NCBI GenBank assembly: GCA_024679065.1
Contig: JAGIQG010000009.1
Span: 51,336,001-51,400,000 of the forward strand
Direction: 5' to 3'
From: Sphyrna mokarran
Taxonomy: Eukaryota
Length of the DNA stretch: 64,000 bases
Numbering within the stretch: the stretch's first letter is position 1; every line of letters begins with the position of its first letter. This document shows positions 13,534 through 26,829 of this stretch, piece after piece. Made by a program: the position numbers and the translations under genes. The notes beneath the pieces were generated by a model. It did not search any database. It had not been told where the DNA came from and saw only the letters and a list, made by a program, of their open reading frames with translations.

Positions 13534-14386
13534 ATGGGCAAGAGACTGCAGTCAGGCCATTCAACAGTATAAGGCATCATAGTTTACCCTAATTAAGTTT
13601 AAAAAAAACAGAAGTATGTGAGTGAAAATCTGAAATATAAAAAAATAGCTGATGTGTTAGCACGTGTGGAGAAAGAAACAGACTTAACCTTACAGGTCTG
13701 TGATCCTTCATCAGAAGGGTGAAAAGTTAGAAATATAATCAATTTTGTTTAACTGAAATGTGGTTGGGGAAAAGGAACAAAAAGGAACATTTGTGATAAG
13801 GTGGAAGGGCAGAAGAGATTAAATCGCAAAATGTTCATTGCGCATAGTATAGGGAAGAAGTAACTGTGAGGGACCCTATAGTTTGTGCTGAGGGACTGGG
13901 GGAGGGACAGAAGAATAGAACAAAAGAAAGATGTTTCTCAGGATACCTAAATAGCTGCTGTACAAAAAGCAAAACAAACAAGAAAAAGAGAAATGAGAGA
14001 GATAACAAACCAGCAAATGAAAATGGCACAAAAATGGGAGCGATGATATGGTGTAAAATTGTAGAACTCCTTTAAGTAAATGTGCAGATCACAGTCACAT
14101 CACTTTTAAACCTGTGCACAAACTGCCTTCACTATTTAATACTCTTAAATATTAAATAGGAAACAAAATAATTTTAAAAAATGATGCTGGAAATCTGAAA
14201 CACGTGCAAATTATTATTTTTTTTCCCTCCTTTCCTCTGCTGGAGTTAACATACCCAGAGCCGTTGCAGCCTTTGCTAAATGAGCATGTTCAATTTCACT
14301 GGACAGAGACTACAGTCAGGTATCATGTTCCAGCATATAATGAAATGACAATTGAAACAAAATGAACTTTACAGGCTTAATGCATT

Positions 14387-14700
14387 TAGAATCCCTACAA
14401 TACAAAATGAGGCCATTTGGCCCATCGAGTCTGTGCCAACTCGAATTCCACCTAGGCCCTTTTCCCATAACCCCTGCTGATCCCCCTGACACTAGAGCGA
14501 ATTTAGCATGGCCAATCAACCTAACTCACACATTTTTGGACTGTGGAAGGAAACTGGAGAACCAGAGAACCAGAGAAAACCCATGCAGACACGGGGAGAA
14601 AGTGCAGACACCACACAGGCAGTGACCCAAGGCTGGAATTGAACCGTTGTCCCTGGCGCTGTGAAGAAACAATGCTAACCACTGCACACCTATGCCGCCC
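14387..14700 (-). mobile_element. HE1-type V-SINE, near full length
   Basis: Same block as 4712-5003; tRNA-like head ending ..aatgctaaccactgc..tgccgccc. Confidence 0.85.
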
Positions 14701-16503
14701 TTTCTCTAAAACTAATTCAACTGGGTTATTTCAAATCAAATATGTCATTCAGTTTAAAGGCACTGGCTGTCTAAACTCCAGGGGTGAAAGTCAAATTCTG
14801 TTATCAGTACAACAGTGGAATTTCAGGAAGTTTTCACTTTGATGAATACCAAGCAACCATATCAGCATCTTTGCAGATCAAACCATAGACAGTACCTTTA
14901 TTCTCAGAGGTAGATTTAAAGTTTGTGGGTCCTGTGCTCACCTTGATTTCTGTACACCACTCCACCATCAGCCTTGATTCCACCCCTCTCACCTTCTCCC
15001 CTCATCCCTCACAATCTCTCATTTTCACTCACTTCATTCTTCTGGTGCCTTCACTTGTCTCACTTCATGGGTAAAGTTTGATTTGGACCATTGCTCCTCA
15101 CCGTTGCTAGTCTGTCCTAGTGAGTCTGAAACCTGCTCGCCATGCCTGCTCTGTGGCTGACCTCAAATTGTGGTGGCTTTCAGTGCCTCACTGTTGCTGC
15201 CCTGCCCTCAGCCGTAGGTCTGCTTTGCCTCCTCTAATCCCCTTGGCACCTGTTCTCAGCTCATGATATCTTTCAGTGTCTCATTGTTACTGGTCCTTCC
15301 ATCTAAACAAGTGGTCTTTGGGATCTGCAGGTTGATCAAAAATACAAATCATTGATATGCAACGGCCTGGCCAAAGACTAGAACCCTCATCCCCACTATT
15401 TACGTGATGTCCTACAACAAAACTGGCTCCCTTGTGCATGGCAAGGGTCAACATAGTAACAACAATGTGTTTTCATATGCAAAAATTAAGTTACTGTTAT
15501 GAATCTAATAGTGAAATCGGATTTTCAACATTTGTGTGACTGAAAACAAAGAGAAATTGCCTGAATGTGTAGTCTGCATGACTCTAAAACTCTCCATTTC
15601 TAAACCAGACATCACTGGTGTCTTATCAAAAGCATCCTTCCCATTCATTTTCATGTACCTATTTGTGATGACAATTTGGGTCAGATCACATTGGTAGTGT
15701 CCTCAGCTAGAACTCTAGGTTTGAGTGCCACTCTTGGACTTGATGAACATGGAAGGTGCATTTATAACATGGGCAAACAGTTAATTATCATACTGCGGAT
15801 TCTTCCATATTATTTAGTATGTGGTAAATGTGCAAGAATTTCCAGGTCATGCAGAATTATGTGGTAGTAGCAGTAGAGCAGCTTCCCCATGCCAAAAGAC
15901 CCACGCAGTTTCCTGCCACAGCCTGTAGTTTGTGGCAAGTGTCGTCACTTTGGGGATCTAGTTGAGAGAGGGGAGGACCAATTGGTAATCCCTAGGCTCT
16001 TATGCCCCATCTAAATGGTCCACACACAAAAAGTTTGAAAACACTGATAATATTATAAACGAATAGGAGCCAAATATATCCCAAAGCGGCTTCATTCATC
16101 TTGAAAATGATCATTATTTCAGACTGAATTTGGAACCAAGCCAAGATACCGAAACACTTTGGATGGTACCCACAGATGTTTGGAACAAGCACATAATTTT
16201 CTTTAAAACAACATCAAGAATGAACAAATTGTAACAAAGGGGTGTTAAGGGGTTCGATGATTTCCCTCTTTCTCTGCCAATATATGGCAAACTGCCAAAG
16301 GCTGGAAGTAGCCTGCTTGTCTGGGCAGGGTATTAAAATGCAGATAACATTTTGGAACATTCCTCCAAGAAGACATTAAAAATGCAAAAGATCTCTGTGG
16401 ATTTATCAGTTACTATTATTCAAATTGCTTGTCAATAGTAACATTAAGAAGGAACATTTGTGTGAACAATGGAAACACCCATAGCCTGGTAATCTGACAG
16501 AAC

Positions 16504-17052
16504 AGTAAGAGTCTCACAACACCAGGTTAAAGTCCAACAGGTTATCTGGTAGCACAAGCTTTCAGTGTCACTCCTTCTTCAAGTGAGCGAGGAGTTGTGT
16601 TCACAAACAGGGCATATAAAGACACAAACTCAATTTACAAGATAACGACTGGAATGCGAATCTTTATATGTAATAAGTCTTAAAGGTACAGACAACGTGA
16701 GTGGAGAAAAGGTTAAGCATAGGCTAAAGAGGTGCATTTTGTCTCCAGCCAAGACAGTTAGTGAGATTTTGCAAGCCCAAGTAAGTCATGGGGGTTACCC
16801 AAGATCCCGGTTGAGGCCATCCTCATGTGTGCAGAATGTGGCTATCAGTTACTGCTCAGCAATTCTGCATTGTCATGTGTCGTGAAGGCCACCTTGAAGA
16901 ATGCCAATCTGAAGATCAGAGACTAAATGCCTGTGATTGCTGAAATATTCTCTGACAGAAAGAGAACACTCCTGCCTGGTGATTGACCCATAAACCTGTT
17001 GGACTTTAACCTGGTGTTGTAAGACTTCTTACTATGCTGGCATCTTCACATC
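16504..17052 (-). mobile_element. Penelope-like element 3' fragment with inverted pLTR piece
   Basis: Minus strand 16795-16975 translates ECSLSVREYFSNHRHLVSDLQIGILQGGLHDT*QCRIAEQ*LIATFCTHEDGLNRDLG (GIY-YIG C-terminus); 16504-16545 is inverted at 16991-17033. Confidence 0.8.
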
Positions 17053-17382
17053 AATCTGATAAAAACTAGAAACATTTTATAAAAACATTCTTGGGAGCAG
17101 TGCCATGTCAACCAGTCTGAGAGACAAAGACAAAAGAAGAGATCCCCTCCAGCAAAGGAAGAATCTTGCCTGGAATCCACTAATATGCAAAGAAGTGGGG
17201 CTACCCTTTTATCCACGGTTTGCAATCCAAGTCAGAACCTCACTGCATGAACTCAAATACAACTCTAACTGTAACAAAATCAGAGACCTACTGTTGCCAG
17301 GAGGAAGCCACTGTGAATTCTTTATGAGAGACTTCCAACCTCCATTTATTTAGTGAATTGTGTGTATCAGAAGCAGAAAATC

Positions 17383-17528
17383 TCTACAGAACAGGAGGCT
17401 ATTTGGCCCTTCATTGCTTGCACTGACAACAATCCCACCCAGGCCCTATCCCTATAACCTCACATATTTACTCTGCTAATCCCCCTAAGGGGCAATTTAC
17501 TATGGCCAATCAACCTATCCATCTTTGG
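17383..17528 (-). mobile_element. HE1-type V-SINE, 3' part
   Basis: Similarity to 7385-7540. Confidence 0.75.
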
Positions 17529-18716
17529 GTGTTATTGCAATTACATTTGGGTGTTGAAAAATCAACATTTATTTTTTTATAAGCTTATAAGAAAATGTGT
17601 TCTTTGTCTGTTCTTGAGAGTCACAGCACTCAAGTAGTTAAAACAATTAATCTTTAAAACACATCTTGTTGCAGTTAGTCATGAGATCAAAAAACTGGGG
17701 AACTATCTAATCATCTTGCCCTATCCATAACAATACTTCTTCAAAGTCTTGAGTTGAGGTCAATGCAACAAGTATATATTTTGATCTACACAATTTATTC
17801 ACTATTTTACTTCCTCCTTCACCCCACCCCCATCAATTTTATTTTATTTCCCTTTCCTTTTCACCATTTTAGTGAAAGTTCCAGCATGCAATGGTACTAT
17901 AAACTTTTCCAGGTTAAGTATCTACATTTGTAAATATAAGAGTTGTAGTAATGGCTATTTCATCATAATTCAAAAAATTGTATTACCCGATACTTTACTC
18001 AAGTGGACACATGTGACCTTGACAATGAATGTTGACAAGCTTTTCAACATGACTAACATCACATCTGAGCCCAGATCATGCAAGCTTTCAATTTGTTTAA
18101 CATAGATCTGAAGCCAAAACCGGATCTGTTTAGCTCAGTTCCACACTGCAGGCTGAATTTAATGAGGCACTTGATTCTCTAACCCTGTGACTAAAAAGTC
18201 AGGGCAAGCCTGCTAAAGGGAACACCAGCTGTCCCCTTAATTGGTCATTAAGAGCTGGAGATGGGATTTCTGTCCTTCAGGAACAGGAAATCCTGCCTCA
18301 AAACATTGTTAAGCAAGCTAAAATCAGTAGTTCTCCAGCATTTCGGGTGTATGTGGTATTGGATCATGATTTGGCTAAGCATATTTTGGGCCAACGAGGT
18401 TCCATCTCATAGACTCAGCAAGATGGTGGGATTTGAGAGGTCAATGGGTGGAGTTAAGGTCCTTGTCTCCTGCCAGCCTATGCAGGGAAAAGTGCTTGGT
18501 TGGTCACTTGGTGTGGGCTTCTTCCATCTGGCATTAGTGGGATAAATTCTTTAATTGGGAGAAAATTGTCCATTTAATGGCTTCAGTTGGCCCACTGGCA
18601 GGCAGTCACCCAATGGCACAAAGTCGTGCATATAATTGCAGTGGGAGGAGGGATTGGTTGGTAGACAGACCACTTGCTGCATCTAATGAACACCAACTTC
18701 TCACCTTCAACTTCCC

Positions 18717-19598
18717 TGTCATGGGGGAATTTCTTTTAAAAAGGTGGCCAATGCCAAAAGATTTAGGCTCCTTTCAAAAACTCACAAAAGACAAAATCTC
18801 TGTTCAAAGGGACATAATCAAAATTTATTATAAACACAAAAAAACATACAAGACAAACAATATGTTAATATACAGAGGTCTCCAGAGTCAGCCAGCTCAG
18901 GTTCAGGACTGTAAAACCTTTCCAAAGATCTAAGCCACTCAACCAAAATACAGAACAATTATATCTTTTGTTATCAAAGATATATCTCTTCATTAGCTTA
19001 GAGTCAATTTCATTTAGTGTAGTCCAGTTTTTGACAAAATAGCTCAGTCAATTGTAACATGCCACTTGGTACAATGATATTTCATTCATTCATTTAATTC
19101 TGGACATCTTCCCATTTTGGCTAAACCCACTTCCTGATTGCTAGGTAACTATGGAAGCTTTCCATAGATGAACTTTTCTCGACAACATATCATCAAGACA
19201 GAGATAGATGATTTCTGGGCCCAAGAAATACATTATCTTATGTCTGGACAATATACGCCGCTATAATGTTACATTTGTCCCAAAAGCTTGAAACTTCTAA
19301 TGCTTACTTTTGCTGGCTAATGGATTCCCAGCTCTAACCTTACTATTAGACTTTGCAGCATCTCCATTTTTTTGACTGAGATTTTTCACTGTTACATTTT
19401 ATGTATTGTTAAAATACATTCAATACTTTGATATGCATATATACTTTAAAATTTGCTTTAATACTATTATTACATTCACATATGAGCAAACTTTCTGCAT
19501 TAACTTGTGATAAATAACTGAATCCTTCTAGCTAACCTGTCATTGAATACTACATCTTTCTATGAATCTAACTAGCTGTTTGAAAATTCCCCGCCACA
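18717..19598 (-). repeat. ERV 3' LTR
   Basis: Begins TGTGGCGGGGAATTTTC (minus) directly after the PPT; aligns with 26075-26829. Confidence 0.9.
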
Positions 19599-19610
19599 AT
19601 CCCCTCTCCT
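19599..19610 (-). other. Polypurine tract
   Basis: AGGAGAGGGG-AT immediately before the TG of the 3' LTR. Confidence 0.85.
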
Positions 19611-20599
19611 GGCTAATTGGCTAGGCTAAGACAAGGCCATCAAATAATCTTAAATCCTGAAGTATGTGACTGGTTTTTAATTTTACTCTCCTGATTATTT
19701 TAACTACCTCTGTGTGAATTGTGTGTCATTGCAGGTGAGTTTTGATTCTCTTTGATGCTAAAAATCAAAAAGTAATGTCATCTTGTGTGTGGACTTAGAA
19801 AGATGTCTTGAAGTAAATATTCTCATAGGTTGGAGCACTTGGTGGTATGGGTGTCATAGTTATTGTTTCCTTCTTCTCCTTAATTGATGCCACCTTTGCC
19901 ATCGTCTTGGTTGCCATGGAACAACAATATTTGAACAGCTGTAAAATCACATTGATCATCAGAATGAAAATGAAAAGGTATGTCATTCCTTGCATCATGC
20001 TCATTCCTAGTGATCCTATCCAGATAGTTGTCCATTTCCCCAGAGAAAATTGACCAAGTTGTTTAAGTTTCTTGACTTCTTTCTCAATGTATATAGCCAG
20101 ATTCGTTATGTTCTCTGAGGTGTTTGGTATGCAGGTGCCAGCTTTGATCCAATCAAGGCACATATTCCATCCCTACCTGCCAGGATAAAATCAAATGCAT
20201 TTGATTCTGTAACACAATCATGCATGTTGCAAATAACTCATCACTGATCTCTGCAAGGGCTAGAGCAGTATCACTGGCAACCTTTCCCAAAATTGAGGTA
20301 ATGGCTTCTATTTCCATAGACAGTCTCATATGTGAATAAGGTGGCATCGTTTTCCCCAAGAAATGGTCCAATTCCACCACAGCAAGTCATTTTCTCTTTG
20401 GAAGCTGGTTAGTATGATAAATACAAGGGACTATATATCCCAGGTAATATGACCCCTTCCAGCTAGAAGGTTTTATTTCCACAAATCCAGTAAGTTCCAT
20501 TCAGCATTGAATGAGTGTTCTCTCCTTCAAAGCAATCTGGAATATTGCAAGCTTGAGTATTATTGCATGGATCTAGATAAATTTTACTGCCTACATCTA

Positions 20600-21030
20600 G
20601 ATTGGTTCCGGAGATGAGAGGTTAGCTGTATGAAGGGATTATTAGTATAGAACTATGCTCTCTGGAATTTAGAAGAACAAGGGGAGATCAAATTGACGTA
20701 TAAAGCAGACATGGAGCAGATGCTTCCTCTTGTGGAGCATTCTGGATGAGAGGTCATAATCTTAGGATAAGGCATAGCAAATTTAAAAGAGTTTAGGAGA
20801 AACTACTTCTCCCAAAGGATTGTGAATCTGTAGAATTTGCTACCCCAAAGTGTAGTGGGTGGTAGGACAGTGAGTAAATTTAAGGAATTTCATGTTTAAT
20901 TGATAATGGGTTGAATGATTATCAGGAGAAGGCAGGGAAATGGGGATGAGGAGTATATGAGCCATGATTAAATGGTTGACTCGATGGGTGAATGGCCTAA
21001 CTCTGCTCCTATATCTTATGAACTTATGAG
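20600..21030 (+). mobile_element. CR1 LINE 3' fragment inside env
   Basis: SLEFRRTRGD and RNYFSQRIVNL motifs; tail gaatggcctaactctgctcctatatcttatg. Confidence 0.85.
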
Positions 21031-21408
21031 TATTTACACTTGCTGGTTCCTAAATCCACTTCATTGGCTATTCTTTATCTTGATACACACTATTCCTTGG
21101 GCCTCTCAATCTGTTCCATTCAAAAGAAGGGTTGGCTGTATGAAAAAAAAAATGAGTATCTATCATGTGACCTGGTCCACTCGTACAAGACTGATTTCTA
21201 AAGAAGTCTATTCTATCACATTCCTTAATAAAACCCGTCACTGTTGCCTGGTGATCCCAAAAAGACTGAGTAAGCTGATCCCACACAATCAAGTCTGTCC
21301 ACAATAACAGGCACTGGACATAAAGAGATATCCCTTCCTGCACACCCAACTTTAGATATGTCAGCAGTTTTAGTCACCTTGTCAATTCAATGGTGACTCT
21401 GGACCATT

Positions 21409-22320
21409 TAGAACATAGAACATAGAACATTACAGCACAGAACAGGCCCTTCGGCCTTCGATGTTGTGCCGACCAAAATAAAAAGCAATGCCCCTCCAAA
21501 CTAAACCATTCCCTTCTCTTCCATATACTTATCAATTAACCTCTTAAACGCCACCAAACTTGGCGCATCTACAACAGCTGCAGGCAGGGCATTCCACTCC
21601 CTAATCACTCTTTGAGTAAAGAACCTACCTCTGATATCCGTCCTATAACTCATACCCCTTAATTTAAAGCTGTGTCCCCTCGTGCTAGCTTTCTCCATCC
21701 TAGGAAAAAGGCTATCACTGTCCACCCTATCTAAACCTCTAATCATCTTATATGTTTCGATAAGGTCCCCTCTTAGCCGCCTCCTTTCTAACGAAAACAA
21801 CCTCAAATCCCTCAGCCTCTCTTCATAAGACCTGCCCTCCATACCAGGCAACATCCTGGTAAACCTCCTCTGTACCCTCTCCAATGCCTCCACATCTTTC
21901 TTATAATGTGGGGACCAGAACTGCACACAATACTCCAAGTGCGGCCGCACTAGAGTTTTGTACAGTTGCAACATGATGCTGCGGCTCCTAAATTCAATCC
22001 CCCTACCAATAAAAGCTAAGACTCCATATGCCTTCTTAACAACTTTATCCACTTGACTGCCTACTTTCAGGGATCTATTGACACATACACCAAGATCCTT
22101 CTGTTCCTCAACACTATTAAGAGCCCTACCATTAGCCCTATACTCTACACATTTATTGTTCCTGCCAAAGTGCATTACCTCACACTTTTCCACATTAAAC
22201 TCCATTTGCCACCTCTCGGCCCAGCTCTGCAACTTGTCCAAGTCACTCTGTAAACTATAACACCCCTCTTCACTATCTACCAATCCACCGACTTTAGTGT
22301 CATCTGCAAATTTACTGATC
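21409..22320 (-). mobile_element. Young 5'-truncated CR1 (HER1-like) LINE inside env, 3' ORF2 still open
   Basis: KFADDTKV at ~22290-22312; uninterrupted 260-aa ORF 21501-22283 (LQSDLD..W..WQMEFNVEKCEVMHFG..LVRPHLEYCVQFWSP..); (ttctatg)n tail. Confidence 0.95.
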
Positions 22321-22779
22321 CAAGATCAGTAAGATCTGTTAAGATTTGTTAAGATTTAAAAAGATAAATATACTTTAAAGAACCATGCTGTAGTTTTGTC
22401 ACTTTTTTCTACAAATGTTTTAGCTTGACACTCAGCACTGGGGTTTGATTGTTGACTGTCAATCTTCTTTTCCCCACTATTGATGTCTTGATTATCTTCA
22501 CGCGCAGAGTCCTGTAATTATAAAAAGTGGCCTAAAGCCTTACAGTTAGTAACATGATAATTATTCACATTTTAGTTTTATGCTTAATCTTCAATACTAT
22601 GATTTTGGCTTGCCTAATAATTTTGTCTGTAAATCCAATTAACTCTTTCATTAGTACTGCGGCTGTCAGAGCCAATTGATTCTGTGTTCTGCAAGATTAT
22701 TCATTTACTGGAACATTCTTGACACTGGTGACTTGCTTACTAGGGTACGGTTCAACTGTGTCCAATACCTCTATTTGGG

Positions 22780-23650
22780 ACCATATTTTCCATCAACTAA
22801 GGCACATATCTTTCCTGCTACAACTATACTGAAGGGCCCTTCCCATCTTAGTATCTAATCTTTCCTTTATTTGAAAGAACTACCTAATCTTTTTGTCTGT
22901 CTTTAATTGTACCATTGCTTTGTCTCCAGGTGCAGGTAATTTAAGAATGTTTTCCTTTGCCAATATCATCCAGTCCTTGTGTTGTTGCTCAGTAATTACC
23001 TACTTCTTAAGAGAATGCAAATAATCTACTAAATTCCTCATACACTGAAATACTGCCCCTCTTCCAATTCCAAGGTCTCCACCTCCCATTATCACATCTT
23101 CTGGAAAGTGCATCACTATACCAATCATCAATTCGAAAGAAGTTAACACTGTCTCTTGAGGTGGGATGGCTCTCTGATGCACCAAATTGCAGGCAAGCCT
23201 GTATCCAGTTGATACCTTCATCCAGAATGGCTTTAGCTAAGCTGTTTTTTGGTGTTCTGTTCATGCATTCCACCATTCCTGAACGCTGAGTGATAGAGTA
23301 TGTGAAATTTCTCTTTTATCCCTAACTGTCTATAGACTTCTTTCAAAACTTTCCCAGTAAAATGAATTCCTGATCTGAATCTAACTCAAGGCATATTCCC
23401 CACCGAGGTATTATTTCATTTGCTAACATTAAAGCTACAGTTTTTAGCTGTGACATCCTTGCATGGAAATGCTTTCACCCATCTAATGAATAGGTTAATA
23501 ATAACTAGAGAATAGCTTTTCTCTCTCACTCTTGGTAATGGTCCTGTAAAATCTATCTGCAAATCCTTCCATGGTCCCTTAGGTCTTAGCTGATTACCCA
23601 TCTTTACAGTGGCATCCCAGTTTCACCTGAGCATACTGAATACACCTCTG
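22780..23650 (-). pseudogene. pol: ERV integrase remnant
   Basis: PKGPWKDLQIDFTGPLP..YSLVII.LF.RWVKAFP, MVECMNRTPKNSLAK, RWEGPFSIV (GPY/F module). Confidence 0.9.
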
Positions 23651-25400
23651 ACACAATTTCTTCTGTTCCCTTCCATAACAGACATTAACTTTGGGAGCTG
23701 ACTGTTCTCCCTGTATTGGAGATCTCTACAGCTGTTTGTGTTGTAGGGCCTCAGTCTTCATAGCCCAATTCATTACTTCTCAATAAGTATTTCCAATCGG
23801 GATTCCCATGTTTATAATTTGAATCACTAATTGAATAATTTGAACCACTAAATTCTTCAGTGAGCATTTCCAAGAACATTTCATTATCCTTTCTGAGTTC
23901 CTCAATTCTCCTTATCTACCTAAGTCTGGTACTTATGCTCAGTGCACTCCCCCATAGATTTGTTTATTTTCTGCTGCATTAAAGTTACTTTAACCCAATT
24001 TGCAGTCCCTGCACCTAATGCTCACTTTATTGCCCATATAAAATTTGCATATTTCCCATTGTCATTTGTAATCTGTTTCTTAATGCCTTGGGTAACATCT
24101 GCCATGCTGGTCCTGCTAACTTTCCTTTTATCTTAGTTCATGTAGTGTCAAATAATTCATATCTTTTATTTCATCCATATTTTCCCAAAAGACTGACATT
24201 TTTGAGTTTCCACAAGGAGCCTAATGTATCCATTATCATTGGTTTTTCAGTGGATGGTAAGCTCTTTCTTTGACTCATTTTATATATTTCAGTGTGAAGA
24301 GGAACTACCAGAATGGATTATTTCACCTTATTACCACTAGATGGAATTCTTTTTTCCCAATTTGTCTTTTGAAATTGATATTCTCTAATTTCTTCCTCCT
24401 CCTCACTGCACCTTTTAGAGGTTGGGCAAACCGGTGGCTCTGTTTCTGTCTTCTTAATGAATTCTTATTTAGATGGTTCCTTAAACAGTTTTCCCAGATT
24501 CTGTTTCTGTCTCAGCTGCCTCTTTTAAGAGACATTTTGTCAAGGTGGTGGCTAGGAGACACAGGCCATCTCTGGTTTATGTTTACATTCTCTATTCCCC
24601 CATAACTTTTGGTCAGATTTGGAAGTGTCTGGATTGTACTCCTGTTCAATCATTTCCTAATTAATTTGCTGTTTTTGTTAACTGTGGCATGGATTATGGA
24701 GCCCTCCATTCCCATTCTAAATTATTCCCCTCTGCTATTCCCAGCACATAGTGGCATCCTTTACTCTTCTAACCTTCTCCATGTCTCCACACGCTTTTTG
24801 AGTTCCATGTACTGGTTTTCCTATTATTTTCTCTCTGCCCTTAATTCTACAGACCTTTCTCTGAGAATATCCTAAATCAAACCTACAGCTCTTGTCAAAA
24901 CTATAACTTTCTGTCAGATATAATTCTTTTCTCCACGTGCTATTTTATTTTTCTACCAATTTTTACCCTTTTCCTCCTAGTTATTTAACATCTTCACTAC
25001 CATTTTCCGCCCTCTCTCTCCAACGGTTATGGATTATGGATGCACAGTCTTTTAAATTTGACACTGCTGATGGGTGGTATCAGGACCCTGTTACTGATAC
25101 CCCGTATTACACGTGCACTTATTCACACAGCACGTATTGGATCCACTCCTTGAGTTGGCTATATGCCTTCCTTACCCCCACATTAAACATTATTTCCCTG
25201 ACCAGTGATATTGCCTTTGTGGTCCCACAAGAAGTTTGGATAGGTCATATGGATCCGACTGCTTGGCGTGTTGCTCTAGTTTGAATAGGTTGGATGCATC
25301 CGACGGCTTGGCTGTTGCTCCCTCTAGCTAACTAGAGTGCAACTGAAATATGGTCACCTTTGTAGAAATCACATGCAGCCGTCAGTATCTGGCGATGCGA

Positions 25401-25418
25401 TCCTGTCCTCTACTACCA
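25401..25418 (-). other. Primer-binding site resembling tRNA-iMet
   Basis: TGGTAGTAGAGGACAGGA versus the complement of the vertebrate tRNA-iMet 3' end TGGTAGCAGAGGATGGTT (12 of first 13 identical). Confidence 0.7.
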
Positions 25419-25425
25419 ATGGGGA

Positions 25426-26068
25426 CATCATCGATGGGACAAAGTAGAAAGGATCGAGAGCTTCAAATTTTTAGGTGTCCAGATCACCTGTCCTGCTCTC
25501 CCATTCTGACACTATAGTTAAGAAAGTTCATCAACAGTTCTACTTTCTCAGAAGACTAAGGAAATTTGGCATGTCAGATACAACTTTTACAGATGCACCA
25601 TAGAAAGAATTCTTTCTGGTTGTATCACAGCTTGGTATGGTTCCTGCTCTGCCCAAGACCACAAGGAACTACAAAAGGTCATGAATGTAGTCCAATTATC
25701 ACGCAAACTAGCCTCCTATTCATTGACTCTGTCTACACTTGCTGCTGCTTAGGCAAAGCAGCTAGCATAATTAACGACCCCATGCACCCTAGACATTCCC
25801 TCTTCCACCTTCTTCCATCAGTAACAAGATACAAAAGTCTGAGGTCACTGCCAACTGACTCAAGAACAACTTTTTCCCTGCTATCAGACTTCTGAATAAA
25901 CATTAAGTTGACCTTTCTCTACATTCCAGCTACGACTGTAACACTATATTCTGCACTCTATTGTTTCCTTCTCTATGAACAGTATGCTTTGTTTGTATAG
26001 CACGCAATAAACAATACTTTTCACTTTATGTTAGTACATGTGACAATAATAAATCAAATCAATCAAAA
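25426..26068 (+). mobile_element. Rex1/Babar LINE 3' fragment at the LTR/PBS junction
   Basis: VERIESFKFLGV, VKKVHQQFYFLRRLRKFG, FYRCTIERILSGCITAWYG motifs; aataaatcaaatcaa tail; same family as 50894-52290. Confidence 0.85.
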
Positions 26069-26074
26069 AGACCA

Positions 26075-26829
26075 TAGTGGGGGATTTCTTTTAAAAAGAT
26101 GGCCAATGCTGTTCAGAGATCCTTGGGGGGTCAGACAATTCAGGTCTGTGAAACCTCTCTAAAGATCTGAGGCAATCAGCCAAAATACAAAACAATTATA
26201 CCTTTTGTTATCTAAGGTATACTTCTTCATTAGCTTAGAATCAATTTAATTTAGTGTTCACATGTCAGGACAGTTTTTGACAGAGTATCTCAGTCAATTG
26301 CAATATGCCACTAGGTACGATATTTCATTCATCCATTTAATTCCCATTTTGGCAAAACCCACTTCCTGATTGCTATGTAACTATGGAAGTTTTCCATAGA
26401 TGAACCTTTCCCATCACTAAGATAGAGAGATAGTGTATTTATTGGGCCCAGAAATCACCTATCTTATGTCTAGACAATATATGCTGCTGTAATGTACAAC
26501 ATATGTCCCAAAAACCTGAAACTTCTAACGCCTACTTTTACTGTTTAATGAATTCCCAGCTCTAACCTTACCATTATACTTTGCAGCATCTGCATTTTTT
26601 GACTGAGATGAACAGTACATTTTACATATTAAAATATATTCAATACTTTGAAATATATACATATACTTTAAAATTATATTCATTTATTTTAATGCTATTA
26701 CTGCATTCATATATGAGTAAACTGTCCGCATTAACTTCTTATAAAGATTAATTTAACTTATAGCTATTCTGTCACTGAAAAGCTACATGTTTGTGAATTT
26801 AACTAGCTGACTGAAAATTCCCTTCCACA
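26075..26829 (-). repeat. ERV 5' LTR (shorter than the 3' LTR by an internal deletion)
   Basis: Collinear with 18722-19598 except the ~18755-18880 segment. Confidence 0.9.

Larger units (their letters stand above)
19795..22560 (-). pseudogene. env: ERV env (gamma-type), frameshifted and interrupted by two CR1 insertions; start approximate
   Basis: SU end PSSWKGSYYLGYIVP; furin-like KRK* site ~20390; heptad repeat then IVLQN..DFILAGRDGICALIGS immunosuppressive-domain region, TCIPNTSENIT, hydrophobic anchor YLFIFILMINVILQLFKYCC. Confidence 0.85.
18717..26829 (-). mobile_element. Defective endogenous retrovirus (class I, gamma/epsilon-like), internally deleted
   Basis: Two similar direct LTRs, TG..CA termini with imperfect inverted repeats, TTCCC on both flanks (18712-18716, 26830-26834), PBS, PPT, IN and env remnants in correct order. 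Confidence 0.9.

Noticed and set aside
13690-13716. Second hammerhead-like CTGATGAAGGATC on the minus strand
   Set aside because: The downstream GAAA box is mutated (reads GTAA); a decayed PLE-related relic
21501-22283. 260-aa ORF as a host gene
   Set aside because: It is the C-terminal part of CR1 ORF2 in a 5'-truncated insertion
23700-24950. gag ORF of the ERV
   Set aside because: Position and purine-rich minus strand fit gag, but I could not recognise a major homology region or zinc knuckle, so it is not annotated separately
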